Of a stretch of DNA of 16,675 nt, positions 15,407 to 16,675 are shown one piece after another. The position numbers and the translations under genes are program-made. How positions within the stretch are numbered: the first letter of the stretch is position 1; every line of letters begins with the position of its first letter. The stretch is from Candidatus Heimdallarchaeota archaeon. Lineage in GTDB: Archaea; Asgardarchaeota; Heimdallarchaeia; Heimdallarchaeales; Heimdallarchaeaceae. The notes below the pieces were generated by a model. It searched no databases and was not told where the DNA came from. It worked only from the letters and a program-made list of their open reading frames with translations. The DNA lies in assembly GCA_021399395.1 (NCBI GenBank), contig JAAFKJ010000122.1, forward strand, positions 1 to 16,675. The letters are read 5' to 3'.

Positions 15407-15505
15407 GTGCTATTATCTAGTTGGTAAGCACTGGGCGAAGCTCTAAGGGGAACTCCCCACTCTGATATACTTCAGAGGTAAGAGCACCACAACTCCGGGT
15501 TGTGG
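15407..15505 (+). ncRNA. Candidate structured 5' leader upstream of rps13 (hairpin, three-way junction, hairpin)
   Basis: GTGCT 15407-11/AGCAC 15427-31; GCTCT 15440-44/AGAGC 15481-85 enclosing GGGG-AACT-CCCC 15447-58 and CTCTGA-TATACT-TCAGAG 15460-77; CCACAAC-TCCGG-GTTGTGG 15487-15505. A GC-rich island in AT-rich intergenic DNA. Confidence 0.68.
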
Positions 15506-15528
15506 AATAAAACAAACAAAGTGATAAC

Positions 15529-15972
15529 ATGTCATTTCGCCATTTAGTTAGAATAAAGTCTACTGATCTCGAAGGATATCTTCCAGTTACTCTAGGGCTA
15601 TCAAAAATCACTGGAGTAAATAGAAGATTGGCTGAAGCTATTGTAAGAACTCTAAAAATACCTCTATCTGAGCGTATAGGTTATCTTACAGATTCGACAA
15701 TAAAAGAAATAGAGGGTATTATTAGTGACCCCACTTCAGCTGGTATTCCTAAGTGGTTGGTAAATAGAAGGAAAGATCGTCAAACAGGTGATGATCTGCA
15801 CATTACAGAAGCACAACTTATCTTGCAGACTAAGCAAGATGTTGAAAGATACATACGCATTCGCAGTCGTAGAGGAATTAGACACTCGTTCAAACTTAAA
15901 GTTAGAGGGCAAAGAACTCGAACCCATGGTAAAGGGGGTTCCACAGTAGGAGTCTCTAAGAAGAAAAGGTGA
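15529..15972 (+). CDS. rps13: 30S ribosomal protein uS13
   Basis: FRHLVRI..TDL.G, IPKWLVNRRKD..TG.D.H, RGIRH...LKVRGQRTRT motifs. Confidence 0.98.
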   Translation: MSFRHLVRIKSTDLEGYLPVTLGLSKITGVNRRLAEAIVRTLKIPLSERIGYLTDSTIKEIEGIISDPTSAGIPKWLVNRRKDRQTGDDLHITEAQLILQTKQDVERYIRIRSRRGIRHSFKLKVRGQRTRTHGKGGSTVGVSKKKR

Positions 15973-15977
15973 TATAA

Positions 15978-16675
15978 ATGGGTGGAATAAGAAGACAAAG
16001 AAAGAAAATTATAACTCCTGGACATCCTTACGATAAAGTTCGTATTGAACAGGAATTACCTTTAGTTGGAGAATATGGTTTACGTAACAAAAAAGAACTG
16101 TGGAAAGCAAGAACCGTGCTATCTAAAGCTAGACAACAAGCCAGAGCTTTACTCGCACTTCCTATAGAAGTAAGAGCACAACGAGAAAAAGAACTTCTAT
16201 CTCGTTTAGCTAATCTTGGTGTGCTCTCCTCAGGTAGCGACCTTGACTCTGTTTTGGCATTAGATGTTCGTACAGTCTTGAATAGGCGCTTACAAACAAT
16301 AGTGTTCAAAAAAGGACTTGCAAGCTCACCATATCAAGCAAGACAATTTATTGCACACAGACATATTGCTATTGAAAGAGCTGTTGCTACTTCTCCAGGA
16401 CGTCTTATCAAGATAAACGAAGAGGAAAATATCGATTATGCTCCTCAATCTCCATTGCTTGAGAAATCGCATCCTGCTAGAACTCAAGCTCCTCCAACAA
16501 GTGAAGAACCTCCTGAGAAGAGAGAATCTCCAAAAGCTAGACAAAAACCTCAAGACAAACCTGTCCCTAAGAGGGAAGACAAACCTGTCCCTAAGAGGGA
16601 AGACAAACCTGTCCCTAAGAGGGAAGACAAACCTGTCCCCAAGAGGGAAGACAAACCTGTCCCTAAGAGGGAAGA
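15978..16675 (+). CDS. rps4: 30S ribosomal protein uS4, 3'-partial, with a long Pro/charged repeat tail (not in the ORF track)
   Basis: Translated by hand: MGGIRRQRKKIITPGHPYDK...EYGLRNKKELWK...RRLQTIVFKKGLASSPYQARQFIAHRHI...HPAR, then TQAPPTSEEPPEKRESPKARQKPQ(DKPVPKRE)x5. No stop before the window end; SD AGGTGA. Confidence 0.97.
   Translation, partial: MGGIRRQRKKIITPGHPYDKVRIEQELPLVGEYGLRNKKELWKARTVLSKARQQARALLALPIEVRAQREKELLSRLANLGVLSSGSDLDSVLALDVRTVLNRRLQTIVFKKGLASSPYQARQFIAHRHIAIERAVATSPGRLIKINEEENIDYAPQSPLLEKSHPARTQAPPTSEEPPEKRESPKARQKPQDKPVPKREDKPVPKREDKPVPKREDKPVPKREDKPVPKRE
16552..16675 (+). repeat. 24-bp tandem repeat AAGACAAACCTGTCCCTAAGAGGG, at least 5 copies, encoding (DKPVPKRE)n
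   Basis: Copies start at 16552, 16576, 16600, 16624 (one synonymous T>C at 16640) and 16648; a partial sixth runs off the end. Confidence 0.97.

Noticed and set aside
15434-15490. Hammerhead ribozyme reading of the rps13 three-way junction (CTGAT, CGAA and GTA are present)
   Set aside because: There is no CUGANGA core, CTGA is inside a stem, and the motifs are not arranged as in a hammerhead.
16552-16675. 24-bp repeats as a CRISPR array
   Set aside because: The units are head-to-tail with no spacers, lie in frame within uS4, and no cas genes are present.

Overview
AT-rich archaeal genomic segment, probably Asgard (inferred from the Sec61-like SecY and the tailed ribosomal proteins, not established). 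It carries the S10/spc ribosomal superoperon from the 3' end of uS3 to uL15. A divergent P-loop kinase follows, then an inverted copy of the usually co-directional secY-DUF106/EMC3-eL34-cmk-eL14-cbf5 block, in which adk is absent and a Gfo/Idh/MocA dehydrogenase plus a Trm9/ALKBH8-like methyltransferase occupy its slot. The window ends with tRNA-Ser(GGA) and the start of the alpha operon (uS13, partial uS4). uS14 (3543-3710) and uS4 (15978->16675) are missing from the ORF track. The genes are housekeeping, but several things are unexplained. (i) Two long, highly base-paired leaders, before rps17 and rps13, fold by hand into three-way junctions with the same GUA linker and with mutually exclusive alternative pairings; they are candidate new archaeal r-protein leader RNAs. 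(ii) An exact 19-bp BRE/TATA-like element is shared by two internal operon gaps. (iii) Near-perfect in-frame tandem repeats build disordered tails on uS3 and uS4 at both window ends. (iv) uL24 and eL32 have long acidic tails, uL18 has a basic N-terminal arm, and uS14 ends in RGG. (v) secY has GC/NCG-codon-rich patches centred on its extracytoplasmic loops. All structures and counts were derived by eye; no searches were run.
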